From Octopus vulgaris (Eukaryota), in NCBI GenBank assembly GCA_951406725.2, contig OX597818.1:79980001-80044000 (forward strand): a stretch of DNA of 64,000 bases, written 5' to 3'. Shown in pieces: positions 40,562 to 53,712 of this stretch. The notes under the pieces are model-generated. The model made no database searches. It saw nothing but the letters and a program-made list of their open reading frames with translations, and was not told where the DNA came from. Numbering within the stretch: position 1 is the first letter of the stretch; each line of letters opens with the position of its first letter. Both the position numbers and the translations under genes were made by a program.

Positions 40562-43055
40562 TATAAACCAATGTGAGTATATAAACCAGTGTGTAGATAA
40601 ACCAATGAGCATATGTGGGGTTAAATGAGTGTATAAAATGAGCCACTGTGTATATGAATCAATGAGTGTATATTAGTGTATCCAGGAATCCAACTTTCAT
40701 TGAAGTTTCGAGATGCCGAGAACTGGCTTCTCACAACACAGTCACTCGTTTCGACGTTTCAAAAAGGAAGTGAAATGAGACGTTGAATCTATCATATCTT
40801 TCTTCGCAGTAAAGGGGGGAGGGAATGAAAAGGCTTTTTTTCTTTTTTTTTCAAAACTTGTTTTTAAAAACCTAACCAACGCAAAACGAGTGAAATACAA
40901 AAGTGAAAACAGAACAAAGGTTAATGTTTTACTCTGTATTTGATCCATTTTTGTCTTACTTTTTGCCGTTCAACAAATTCTAGTCTAATTAATATCACAA
41001 GTGCTTTTTTTTTTTGTTTTTGGGGGTTTGTTTTTGTAATTTACTAAATTCTTCAAGAGATTATAGGCAATCATGTTACAGCCTGATTAGATCGTCTAGT
41101 ATCCCTTATGAACAGCTTGTATGACGATGATCTATAACGTTTGGGCGTCAATGGTTTGTAATACAGTATTTAATATGCCAGTGTTTTGTAACGCAGTGTT
41201 CGTGGCTCGATATTCGGAAGTACCCGATGTAATGCTTAGTACAGTGTATTAGAGATGAAACTGATTGAAGATAACGGCAGAAGATTCAACAATATCGAGT
41301 TAGCTAGTTCAGAAGTTGTTTTAGTAAGAGCAATAGAAGAAAAAGAGGGAGACGGAGAGAAGAGAGTGCGAATATGGGAATTAGTAGCTGTGATATATTG
41401 GCGGAATATATCATTGCCGATCAATTAAATACAGCAACAACGTTCTATATCTGTGAAGGGTAGCTCTAATATAGTATTTGTTTGATTCTTGTAAAACTGT
41501 GACTAAAAATCGAGGCATGGACTTGAGTCACAAATTAACTTACTTCCACGATGTTTTTCATCTTAAAAATAGCGACAGCGAGAGTAAAACAACATGGAAA
41601 GTAAATACGAGCAAATGAACCCTTTTGTTACCATATTTCTGTTTAAATATACTTCTATAATTTCAATTTATTTGTAAAATATTGAATAACTTAGTGAAAT
41701 TACTACCTCATTTAGAAGCTGGTGTTTAGAACACAACTTAAAATTGAAATGATAGGTTTAAATTTAGACTACTTTAACTCTTTTGTTACCATATTTCTGT
41801 TGATATATACTGCCTTAACTGCTTGGCATTTAAACCAGCCATATCCGGCTTAAATATTTTCACCCCTAACCTACAACGTTATTCTGAAAATAAGCAATCA
41901 CATCATTGAAATCTTCAGGCTACAAGATAATGCATGAATAATTCAAAACAACATGAATGAGTGAGCATTACATTTGATAGAGTAAAGGAATGCTAAAGGG
42001 TTACTGTCAGTCAATTTGTAAAATAAGGAAGAATTTAGTAAAGTAACTTTGTCATTATTAAGCAGGTGTTTAGAACATACCTTCAAAGGTTTTTGATCTA
42101 AATCATTTCAAAATGTTTATGAAAGGTGTTTAGATCACTTTAAAAGAGGAAGCTGGTATCATAGAAACAGGAATGGTTACAGGTCAGTTAATACTAAAAA
42201 GGTTTTTTAAAAACCACACAGCTCACTTTTTACTAGTTTGCTACAGTCACTGATATTATACAGCAGTATTGTTACACAAGATGCGAAGGCAGCAAGCTGG
42301 CAGAATCGTTAGCACGCGGGGCTGATCTTTTCTCTTTGGATGCCAATTTTCAATCTCTTCAATTCCTGCTCGAAGTGATTTCATATTCGGCGTAATGATA
42401 TAGTTTTATATGCTAATCAATGCCATGAAATTCATTTTCGCCATAAATCAATAAATAAAAAATTAATAGCTTTTAAAGTTTGCAAATTTGGAGTAATTTT
42501 AGTCAATCGTAAGCCACAGACACATTCATGTCCGTTTTCATAGTAACAAGCCAAGCATGAGAACTCTTTTGTCTACGAGAAAGTACGTGTTGACAAATAT
42601 ATTCTACTCATTGAGGTTGTGGTGGTGGTGGATGTGTTAAAAATAACAGCTAAAAAGGCCTTAAATCACGCACCCCAAAATTTTTTGTTTTGGTTTTTGC
42701 ATAATCGTAAGAATTCCAGTGCGTAGACTATAAATTCACAAATTTTTTCTGAAAATTCCAAAAAATAAAAAAGTTATGAGGGTTTATATAGCATGCACAA
42801 AGCAGATTTTCGCCAGTATTTTATTTATTTACAGTTGACAAGTGCTGTCACACACAAGATGGCAGCTCCCAAATCCTGGTTTCTGATTGGGTGAAACTGA
42901 TCAAACTTTAAACCTCTATAACTTTTTTTTTTTATTTCTAGCAAAGGTGAAATTTCTCCTGAGATTCAGCTTGGAAAACTACATAAATGTACCAAATTTT
43001 CAAATTTTCTATAAACTTTGAATTTTCGAAAATTGGCGGTCAAATTGAAAAGATC

Positions 43056-43600
43056 CCGTCGGGCGAAATGCTTAGTGGTATTTCGTCTGCCGTTACGATT
43101 TGAGTTCAAATTCCGCCGAGGTCGGCTTTGCCTTTCATCCTTTCGAGGTCGATTAAATAAGTACCAGTTACGCACTGGGGTAGATATAATCGACTTAATC
43201 CGTTTGTCTGTCCTTGTTTGCCCTCTCTGCGTTTAGCTCCTTGTGGGTAGTAAAGAAATAGGTATTTCGTCTGTCGCTACGTTCTGAATTCAAAATCCGC
43301 CGAGGTCGACTTTGCTTTTCATCCTTTCGGGTTCGATAAATTAAGTACCAGTTACGCGCTGGGGTCGATATAATCGACTTAATCCGTTTGTCTGTCCTTG
43401 TTTGTCCCTTCTCTGTTCAGTCCCTTGTGAGTAGTAAAGAAATAGGTATTTCGTCTGACTTCACGTTCTGAGTTCCAATTTCGCTGACATTGCCTCTCAT
43501 CCTTTCGGTGTCGATAAAATAAATACCAGTTGAGTACTGGGATTTATGTAATTGACTATCCCCAAATTTCAGGCATTGTGCCTTTAGTGGAAAGGATTAT
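43056..43600 (+). mobile_element. Head-to-tail SINE family B concatemer
   Basis: GGTATTTCGTCTG restarts at 43077, 43261 and 43445 (184-bp period). Confidence 0.85.
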
Positions 43601-44276
43601 TACTCAAGCTACGGTTACGAGTCATGTCTTCGTTCCTAAGACAATGACAATTCATTAGTTGGTGAGCCGCTAACGGTACGATTTCATTTACGACAATCAT
43701 TTGAATAAAATAAGATTGAAATTAGTTGTTACGTGGAAACTTCACAAATTAAACTTGACATATTTAACTAATTACTGAGTCGTTATTTTAAGTTATTAAT
43801 TAATTCAAACTCATATTTGTCATTAAGATTATTGGGGGAATTTAATTTTAACAGTAACAGTAACGACGCTCGAATGAAGCACCGAAATTAGCAAATATTT
43901 TCGTCTGAAATTGCTTCCAGCTTAAGTCTTGTGCACTTGCTATTCACACTGGCATTTGGACTGTCTTCCTACAACAGAAAAACAGAGACTACTTCTTCTG
44001 TCTCTGTTTCGTTGTGAGTGCGTGTGAGTGCACATGTGTGTGTGTGTGTGAGCGCGTATGAGTGCACGTGTGTGTGTATATACGAGTATATATACATTAT
44101 ATACATACGCATATACATATAGACGTAAATATGTGTGTCTATATATATGTGTGTGTGTCTCTCTCTCTCTCTGTATGTGTGTGTGTGCGTGTGCATGTTT
44201 ATATGCACACACATATATATGCATATAACATATATACATACACACAATATATATATACATATACATACACACACAT

Positions 44277-44330
<54 letters not shown>

Positions 44331-46122
44331 GTGCACCTATCCTCTTTCTTGCAGCGTCTCCCATATGTGTTTTCTCTTTTAATTGCTTTTTGTTAGCGGG
44401 GGTGCCACCGCAGCTCTTGTTGTCTTCACTGGTATTTGTTTATTCAAAATAACGTGAAACAGTAGAAGTTGTTGTCTCTTGTATTATCTCTGGCTGTTTG
44501 TGTTTCTATGTTTCTTCGCGCAGTTGTACTATTGTGTAAATATGTGCAACATTATCTTTTGATATTAAAGTTCTATACACATTCCTTAAGTTAGAGCTTG
44601 TATCTATAATACCAATAATATTTATTTAGCATTTATCAAAAACCAAAAAACCCTTTCTGCCAATTTCCCCACTTCTGTTCTCACGAGACAGCATTGTTGT
44701 TGACATACCAATGTCTTTAAGTAAAAGAACTATTTAACACAACTTTTCACTTAACTTAAGTGTTTATTCAGTAAATTTCTTTAAAGTACTTAGATTTTTG
44801 CTTCTAAACACAACAAATCACAAAGTGAACGAAAATAAATTTATTAATTTAATTTGGATTTTCGTTTCGGGTTTGAAGAAATTTTATAAAATAATTGAGA
44901 CTGCAGAAACTCTTAACTAATTACAAGACTTTCGTTTATTTTTAATTTTGCAATATTATCTTTCTATATTCATTTATTCTTTCTTTTATTCTTTTTTTTT
45001 TCCCATGTTGTTCTTTTTTTACTTTCTTTCGTTAGCGTGTAAACTTAAGAATTTCTACGTTGCAGGAAGAAATTTTGTCGCCAATCCTATAAAGAACTTA
45101 TCTTTATCTTATTATTTTTTAGTCGTTTCAGTTATTGGACAGCGGCCATGCTGGGGCACTGCCTTGAAGGACTTAATGGAACAAATCGACTTCTTTTTTA
45201 ACACTGGTACTTTGCCGAACCTCTAAGTTACAGGGCGTAATCAACCCAACACCAGTCGTCAAGTGGCGGTGGATGACAAACACGAACACTCATACATACA
45301 CACACACATATATAGATGACTAGCTTCCATACAGTTTTCGCTTCCCAAATTTGCTCATAATGTATTGGTCGGCTGGTAGCCTCGTTAGAAGACCTTTTCT
45401 CAAAGTGCCACATTATGGAACCGAACCCAAAATCACGTGGCTGCAAAGCGAATTTCTTAACCACAGCTATTTGTATCCATTGTGAAATTTGTCTTCGTTA
45501 TCATTTTGTCTTCAAATTCCGTCAAGGTCGACTTTGCCTTTCATCCTTTCAGGGTCAATAAATTAAGTACCAATGAGACTATGGGGGCGATGTGATTGAC
45601 TAGACCTCTCCCGCAAAATTTCAGGCCTTGTACCTATAGTAGAAAGGATTATTATTTTGTTTTCACAGATTGGTTTTTACCAAGAGCAAAATAATTTGTG
45701 GAGAGTTTTAGCTGTTGTTTTAATGACTTAGCCAGAGGAGGAACGTCAGTACCTGTGATCCTTTCCATGGTCTCTGAGACTTGGTGGTGAGGATTTTCTG
45801 CTTCATACACCTGATACAATGTTTTGGAAAATTTCCTCACAGATTGCTAAAATAGCTCATTTGAGAGAGCGCTGGGCGAAAGATCTAATGAGACTTGGTT
45901 TAATTTCAGATGTTGGCATGTTGATGCGGTTCGGTTTTGCACTTGAAATTATAACTAATTAAAACCTTTATACTTAATTGACATGACTATGTGGCTCACT
46001 TTTGCAAACACCGTCTCACTGCCCAGCACCTTGGGCAAATTTCTTCTACTATAGCCCCGGGCCAACCAATGCCTTATAAGTAAATTTAGTAGATCCAAAA
46101 CTATATGGAATGCCGTCATATG

Positions 46123-46188
<66 letters not shown>

Positions 46189-46694
46189 TTGTGTGTGTGC
46201 GTGTGCATCTTTGTGCCTGTGTTCTCCTAACACTGCTTGACAACCAGTGTAGGTTTGTTTACTTCCCTGTAACGTAGCAGTTCAGCAAAAGAAACAGACA
46301 GAATAAGTACCAGACTTTAAAAAGTAGCATAAGGCGATTTATTTAGCTAAAACCCTTCAAGATGGTGCTCCAGCATGGCTACAGTCCAATGACTGAAACA
46401 AATAAAACACCAAAGAAAATATATAAAAATGTAGCTTTTCATGTTGATAACGAAATCATTTTTCTTTTTTTTTTTTTTTTTGACAAATTAAAAATATAGA
46501 AGTTACGAAACTTTAGAAACAGATTTTGCAAAATTTCAGGCCTTGGGTACCTGCTGAAAATACAGAAGGGTTTTGGATAATATAATAGCTTTACTCTCGA
46601 TCAGAAGGAGAGCTTCTAATATCTCTAAGTAGTCTTTGCAGTTTCTGTATGGAGTAAAGCATTTCTAATGTTCATTTGTCCACCTTTAGACCAC

Positions 46695-47860
46695 AATTGG
46701 GACGAGGTGACGAAATGGGTAGAGAGGAAGTTGTCCTTGAAAGGACAGGTAGAAGTGGCGAATACCTCCATCGCCTCCGTCATCATTTATCGTCTGACCA
46801 ACGTGCCTTGCCCCAACGTGCCTTGCCCCAACGTGCCTTGCCCCAACGTGCCTTGATCAAGTTGGAGCGTCTCTTGTTCATTTTCTTGTGGAAGGGACGT
46901 GTTCCAGTTGTCAGGCGGTCGATCTACTGCCAGCTCCCTCTGAGTGGCGGCTTAAGCATGCTGTGGCTTTTGAAGCGCAGACACACGCTCATGTTGCGCC
47001 ATCAGCAATGATTTCTAAAAGGTTGAACGTATGTGGGCTCCGTTTGTGAGGTACGTCTTTCCCCAACTTGTCTCTTTGACGGAACAGCAGTACTAGGTGA
47101 AGGATAGGATCGGTGGATGTTCCACTTTAGCTATTTATAGAGGATTAGTAGCAGAGAAGTGCGATGACGTCCTAGGGGAGACTCTGGACGTCGATGAAGA
47201 TAAACTGACTAGTCTGTTCCGGAGGATTTTTTGATCGGAGACTGTTATAGACAATTTCCAAATGTCTGGCTTAGCAGTACTACCGGAGAGCACTACCGGT
47301 TCGAGATAAACTCTACAGGTACGGATGTGCTGTCAGACGGGCTTGTCCGAGGTGCGCGCAAAGCGACGAAACCGTTCTGCATACACTCGTTCAGGGTCCG
47401 GGGATTACTGACTTGTGGAGTTATGTCGAACAGCTGCTGTGTCGTGTGGGACGGATCCATCTGTCGTCCGAGTCCATAGTGACGATTGCTCCGCCGACCT
47501 CCTTTAATCGCGCAGGGAAGGTAGTTTTCCGTTGCCTGGTAGTTGTGACGAAAGGGGTTATCTGGTGGACGAGGCTGAAAGGAATGAGAACAAAAACATT
47601 CCTCTTTGGTTAATTCCTCATACTCTTTTTCAAGTTTCACTTGAAAAGGAAAGTGAGGGTGGAGAGAGAGGTGAATTTATGAAAAAGGTGTGTGAAAGTT
47701 GCGAAGATGGTTAGATGGATGGTACCACTCTCAGTGTAGACCTATGAGTCGGAGGAAAGGAGTTGGAAAAGGTATTCGTCCGAGGTATCCAGGGTGATCT
47801 TGGATGATGGGGTTTTTCGATCATCCCTAGAGGTCCCCCTGCATCAGGAGGACCCCCATC
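46695..47860 (+). mobile_element. Decayed Tx1/L1-clade non-LTR retrotransposon, 3' part
   Basis: WVERKLSLKGQVEVANTSIASVIIYRL...LERLLFIFLWKG...GGL and the C-terminal ALPVRDKL...CPRC...ETVLH zinc knuckle. Frameshifts present. Confidence 0.78.
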
Positions 47861-47892
47861 ACAATTTTTCCTTTTACATATTTATTTTTTTA

Positions 47893-48119
47893 TTTCTTTA
47901 CTACCCACAAGGGGCTAAACACAGAGGAGACAAACAAGGACAGACAAACGGATTAAGTCGATTACATCGACCCCAGTGCGTAACTGGTACTTAATTTATC
48001 GACCCCGGAAGGATGAAAGGCAAAGTCGACCTCGGCGGAATTTGAACTCGGAACGTAACGGCAGACGAAATACGGCAACGCATTTCGCCCGGCGTGCTAA
48101 CGTTTCTGCCAGCTCGCCG
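47893..48119 (-). mobile_element. SINE family B with TSD
   Basis: Flanked on both sides by TTTTCCTTTTACATATT. Confidence 0.88.
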
Positions 48120-48302
48120 CTTTTCCTTTTACATATTGCTGTATACTATTGTATACTTCACTTCTTTTAATGTATATTGTGTATTCTTCTTTTTTCTATC
48201 ATTCCATTATATGTAAACCCCTACACTTTATGTCTGCCTTTGCATTGTCTCCTCATCCTTAGCCCTGGTGACAAATAAAAGAAATCATCATCATCATCAT
48301 CA

Positions 48303-48348
<46 letters not shown>

Positions 48349-48378
48349 CATCATCATCATTATTATTATTATTATCAG

Positions 48379-48501
48379 ATATTGATGAATGTGCAGATGG
48401 AGGTGGAGGTTGTAGTGACAATTGTGTCAACACCCACGGCAGCTACGAATGTACATGTCCTAAAGGATTCAAAACTCTAAGTGATCTGAAAACATGCACA
48501 G
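48379..48501 (+). CDS. SCUBE: SCUBE exon (cbEGF 7)
   Basis: CAG acceptor directly after a (TAT/CAT)n tract, G|GTAAGA donor, 123 bp. [41 protein letters not shown]. Confidence 0.92.
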
Positions 48502-49000
48502 GTAAGAAAGAGACGCAAACATTATCTAGTATATACTCACACACAAATACACACACGCTTTCATTTATACGTACATGAGCAAACAAGCATAGATACAAAT
48601 GGATAGCTGAAGATGAATTCAACGGGATAATTACAGGCTGAGACAATGGGGTGGCCAAAATGGTCGAATGTGTACTATTTAGAAAGAAAACAAAATGTAG
48701 AAGCACAAGTTACAATAAGCTACATAGTGATCTACCATCCTACTCCAATAATTTTTTCGACTGCATTAACCATGTTATAAGGATATGGATTTCTTTCACT
48801 TTGTTTCATCTGACCTTCTTCTAACTGCTTTATCTTTTCTAAACCTCTTTTTGGCTTGTTTCTATGTTGTTCTTGTTCTAGTCATGTGTGTATTGTGTTG
48901 TGTATTGTTATGCTGTTCTTTTACTAATTATATGTATATTTTCATGAATGGTTAACAGTTATATTAGAAGAATTAAGTCATTTCTTCTATTTCTATCCAG

Positions 49001-49117
49001 ATATAGACGAATGTTCAATACCGTCTACATGTGATCATATTTGTATTAACACACCTGGAAGTTTCCATTGTAAATGCCGACCAGGTTATGAAAATTATGG
49101 TATCACACATTGTGCAG
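49001..49117 (+). CDS. SCUBE: SCUBE exon (cbEGF 8)
   Basis: CCAG acceptor, G|GTAAGT donor, 117 bp. [39 protein letters not shown], with the SCUBE-like YGxTHC ending. Confidence 0.94.
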
Positions 49118-49698
49118 GTAAGTGACAACATAACAATCACCGAAATCAGCTTACATACAGACTTACAACAAACTTATTTGAGATTTTTTTTTCTCACGTT
49201 TACGTTATATTAACGACTAATTCAAACAGATGGCTCTTCTGACTCACAATATTGCCTTCATTGTCTTAAAGAACTAAAAATGACTTCGTCTTTATCCTGT
49301 AAAGCTGAACCGTCATTAAGGTAAATTATCATCACCACCGCCACCAACACCAGCACCACCACCATCATCATCATCATCATCATCATCATCATTGTTTTAC
49401 GTTCCACTTTTCCTTGCTGGCACGAGTCAGAGAGGGTAATTTTGAAGCAGTGTCTTGCGGTCAAATGCCCTTCTTGTCACCCAAGTTATTTTGTTGTCCC
49501 TTACGACACACAGGGACACAGTGTATCTATTCTAAAACCGAAATACACACACCAAACTAAAACTGGAAAGCATACGGTTAACAAGGAAAACATTGAGATA
49601 ATTTGCTCGCACTAAATATGACATGGACGAATTCAAAATCTCAGAATTCACAAACGACAATAATATTAGCATGAATAATATTACGTCAGCACAGCTCA

Positions 49699-49924
49699 TA
49701 CGTGGTCTGATCAGTAAGTATCCGGACTGTTGCCATAGCAACGAAACTAAAGTACGCGTTCCTTTCAAGCACTGGTATAAACAGCAGAAGTGAGATAAAA
49801 CATTAAAACTTAGTGAGCATGCACAGCAGAGCTCAAGGTCAATCTTTGCCAAGCGGCTTTACACTGCGTGCTTTAACTTCGTTACTGTGACAACAGTCCG
49901 GATACTTATTGATCAAACCTCGTA
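49699..49924. mobile_element. Mariner-derived MITE
   Basis: TACGTGGTCTGATCAGTAAGTATCCGGACTGTTG / CAACAGTCCGGATACTTATTGATCAAACCTCGTA, with TA ends. Confidence 0.82.
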
Positions 49925-50139
49925 TTACATTCAACTCAACGAGCAGACGAAACACTAAAATAGCAACAGAAACAACTAAACCTAATTCTGCAACACAGCA
50001 ACACTAGTATAATATACAAACACAGTTCTATATTTCCAGATGACAATGTTTTACAGAGATGTAATTGCATAGCAAGTGACCTGATCTGAGATCGTGTGCT
50101 GGAACAAAAACAATTGCAGCGGGAAAGGTGTTTATAAGT

Positions 50140-50357
50140 CATTTAAGAAACACACAAAAACCGTTAGATTCATTTCAACATTTAAATTTAATTTGTCAAA
50201 ACATTTTCGTCGCTTTCAGACCGCTTGAGACCGCGACCTGTTCACTGACGGAGTTTTGTCAATGGACAGTTCTCGATCTCAAAGCGACGAAAATATTTTG
50301 ACAAATTAAATTTAAATGTTGAAGTGAGTCTAACGGTTTTTGTGTGTTTCTTAAATG
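50140..50357. repeat. Palindrome, ~105-bp arms, ~8-bp spacer
   Basis: CATTTAAGAAACACACAAAAACCGTTAGA... is mirrored by ...TCTAACGGTTTTTGTGTGTTTCTTAAATG. Confidence 0.9.
50195..50249 (-). ncRNA. Hammerhead-like motif with G3:C8 swapped core
   Basis: Minus strand reads GTCA-GTGAACA-G-GTCGC-(19 nt)-GCGAC-GAAA-ATGT-T-T-TGAC. All three stems and GAAA are placed correctly; the core is GUGAACA instead of CUGANGA. Confidence 0.55.
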
Positions 50358-50434
50358 TTTTACACATTTCGAAAAAATGGAGATGCACTCATTGATGCAG
50401 TAAAAACTTGCATAAAAAAATGTTGGAAAACATT

Positions 50435-50643
50435 TACTGCATTTTCCGGCATACAAGTCGAATTTGTCGAATTTTTAAGATCAAAATTTGCAGCCAAAGG
50501 AAAGTAGATCAACTTATACGTCAAGATGGCTTTCGAGGAGCAAAACTTCGATGTGAAATTCAGCAAGATTTGGGAAGATAGTAACGATGTTTGACTGTTT
50601 ATATTACATGTTTACATCGACGTCTATGCCGGAAAATGTGGTA
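50435..50643. mobile_element. Tc1/mariner-superfamily (pogo/Tc2-like) MITE
   Basis: TACTGCATTTTCCGGCATA..GTCGA / TCGAC..TATGCCGGAAAATGTGGTA. Confidence 0.6.
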
Positions 50644-51592
50644 CTAACAAACATACTGAGAGGTGCAATAATGTAATAAAACAGGAAAAGCAGAGATTAA
50701 GAATCTTTAACAATATATAACAAATACATTTGACTACAAGAATGCTATATCAATGATACAATGCTCGTAAAATATTTTAAAAATATAATACAGGACTATA
50801 TATAGGTATTGATGTATGTGTATATAATTTATATAACAATATTATATTATAAATAATACACACACACAAATACGTACATACATACCAACCCGATTGTGTT
50901 GACGTCGGAACAAAGAATACTCGTTACCATAGTTGTTGGTTGTTCCTTCTCGAGCCACGCCTGGCTCATAGGGCCGGTTTCCTGGTTTACTTAGCGTATA
51001 GGTTCTCCACCTGGACGGGACGCCGGTCCGTCGCAGGTGAGCTGCAAGATGCAGGAGCAAAGAGTGCGAGAAAGCTTTAGCGAAAGACTCAGCAGAAGTT
51101 CGCCATTACCTTCTGCCGGAGCTGCGTAGAGCTTAGATGTTTCGCTCATAAACACACACATCACCCGGTCTGAGATTCGAACCCGCGATCCTTCGACCGC
51201 GAGTCCGCTGCTCGAACCATTAGGCCATGTGCCTCCACCGTTACCATAGTAGATATTACTATTTTTACTTTGGTCGAATCATTCTCTGACTACTCTGAGT
51301 TATGCCTGTAGATACATAGAATCTTCAGTCAATACTATAATAGTATAAAATATACTTGTAATACTATGAAATATGTAATACTATATCAATATAAAATATA
51401 TAATAATATAATGCAAATAATAAAAAAAAAGTAATAATAAAACAGAACTATATGTTTTGAACTTGTTTGTGGTTGTCATTGAGGAGAGTTACATATTTCG
51501 AAATAGATGATACTTTTAATTAAAATTGTTTCCCAATGTGAAAAAACACGAATTGATAAGGAATTACTAATGAATAATCAATTGTCCTGCAG

Positions 51593-51715
51593 ATGTGAAT
51601 GAATGCACCAATAATATTGGAGGTTGTGAACAAGGTTGTGAAAATACAGAAGGAAGTTTTAAGTGTAAATGTAAAGAAGGTTATCGACTTCACCCCAACC
51701 AAAAGGATTGCATGA
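51593..51715 (+). CDS. SCUBE: SCUBE exon (cbEGF 9)
   Basis: TGCAG acceptor with a TACTAAT branch-point-like motif upstream, A|GTACGT donor, 123 bp. [41 protein letters not shown]. Confidence 0.92.
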
Positions 51716-52190
51716 GTACGTATTTCTAACAACTGGACTTTTTTATTCTTTCTATAAATGGTTTTTATTTTGAAAAAAGAATTAATTTGACTAGCAACGG
51801 AACTGATTCCGAAAATTATATCTTAAATACTAAGAATAGCCTTCTTACGATTTCAAATATCTCTCAAACATATTTGAACTGGTAACAAGTTTATTTTATT
51901 TATTTATTTAAAATCTTTCAGGAAGATTTCAAATACTAAACTAACGTTTTACTAACTTAACTTCTGAAACTTTATATTTCATTTTATACAATAGCTTCAG
52001 CGGTTTCAGATTTGAAATTAATGAAGACAGAATATTGTTTCACAATTTTGATACAAGGCTAGCAATTTTAGGGAGATTGCTTAGCCGATTATATCAGCTT
52101 AGTACTTGACTAATACTTTATAATATCGGCCCCAAAAGGATGAAAGGCAAAGTTGACCTTAGTGGAATGTAAAGATTAGGGGAAAATACC

Positions 52191-52422
52191 TATTTCTTTA
52201 CTACCTACAAGGGGCTAAACACAGAGGGGACAAACAAGGACAGACAAACGGATTAAGTCGATTACATCGACCCCAGTGCGTAACTGATACTTATTTAATC
52301 GACCCCGAAAGGATGAAAGGCAAAGTCGACCTGGGCGGAATTTGAACTCAGAACGTAGCGGCAGACGAAATACCGCTAAGCATTTTGCCCATCGTGCTAA
52401 TGTTTCTGCCAACTCGCCGCCT
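52191..52422 (-). mobile_element. SINE family B inserted into an older family B copy
   Basis: Flanked by AGATTAGGG(G/A)AAAATA. The older copy continues on both sides. Confidence 0.82.
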
Positions 52423-53276
52423 TCAGATTAGGGAAAAATAACGCCAAGCATTTTGTCTGACGCGCTAACGAATCGGCTCTCTCGTTGCCTTATGGATATT
52501 AAAATATTCTTTCTACTGCATGCACAAGGCTTGGACTCATGTGGGAGGGGGATAGTCGAATACATCGATCCCAACACTCAAATAGCACTTATTCTGCCAT
52601 CACACCGTCCTACTCCAGCTTTTAATATCATTTCTTCGTCTTCGTTAAAGGCGGTGAATTGGTGTGAGCAATTAGCAAGCCTTTTATCCTTTTGGGGTCG
52701 ATAAAATAAGTACGAGTTGAGCACTAAGGCCAATGTAATCGACTTAAACCGTTCCCCGCAATTACTGGCCTTAAACCAAAATTTGAAACCTATATTAATC
52801 TTTAGTTAAGGCAGCCAGGTGAATCATTAGCACGCCGATCAAAATGCTTAATAGCATTCTTTCCGGATTTGAGTTCAAATTCCACCGAGGTCGTATTTTT
52901 AAGGCCAATAAGTTCTAGTAAAGTATTGGGTTCCATGTAATCAACAGCTCCTCTCATTTCAAAATGTCACGCCTTGTGTCTATATTAGAAAGCATATTTA
53001 TTTTATATTAAACGCTATTGGCTTATATTTTTATGATTGTAAAAAACAGCCAATCAAAGAAGGGAGAACTGGCTTTAACGGATTCTTGTAAATGCTCTTT
53101 ATCAAGATGCGTTTATTAACAAAAGGAATTATTTTCAACAATAAGGCGCTAACATAGTTGAGTGGTTAAAATGCTCGCTTCATAACTACATACATTAATG
53201 CTTTTTCGATAAGTATTTTGTAAATATTCTGCAGATGAAGATGTAAATCTTACTGTAAATGTTTCCTTTTTACTAG

Positions 53277-53492
53277 GAGCAGATGTTTGCATCCGTCTGA
53301 AGACACCAGCCAAAGCCCAACTGTTATGTCAAAGTGTCGGCGACACAAATATGTGTATTTTACGCTGTAACAGCAACGCCCATTTCACGAGTGATGCTTC
53401 ACGGACTGACTATACATTCATATGTAATAAAGAGACAAAGTATGAATGGTCCCACAACAATAAAACCTATGTAGTCCTTCCAAGTTGTTCCG
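53277..53492 (+). CDS. SCUBE: SCUBE exon (spacer region, Cys-containing)
   Basis: CTAG acceptor, G|GTAAGT donor, 216 bp, in frame with the previous exon. RADVCIRLKTPAKAQLLCQSVGDTNMCILRCNSNAHFTSDASRTDYTFICNKETKYEWSHNNKTYVVLPSCS. Confidence 0.85.
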
Positions 53493-53712
53493 GTAAGTTG
53501 TCTAAACATTATTCTTTCCCCTTTTTTCTAAACTCATCTTGAGAGGATAGATATAGTTAAACATCGATTTCTTCCATGCATAGTTGTCTTATGTTAAAAT
53601 TGACGTATATTCTATTCGCCTGTTTATCTCTCTTATCGTGTTCTCTTAATAAAGGAATCAATATCACTGTGGGTGTGTAAATGTGCGCGTGAAATGTGTG
53701 TGTGTGTGTGTT

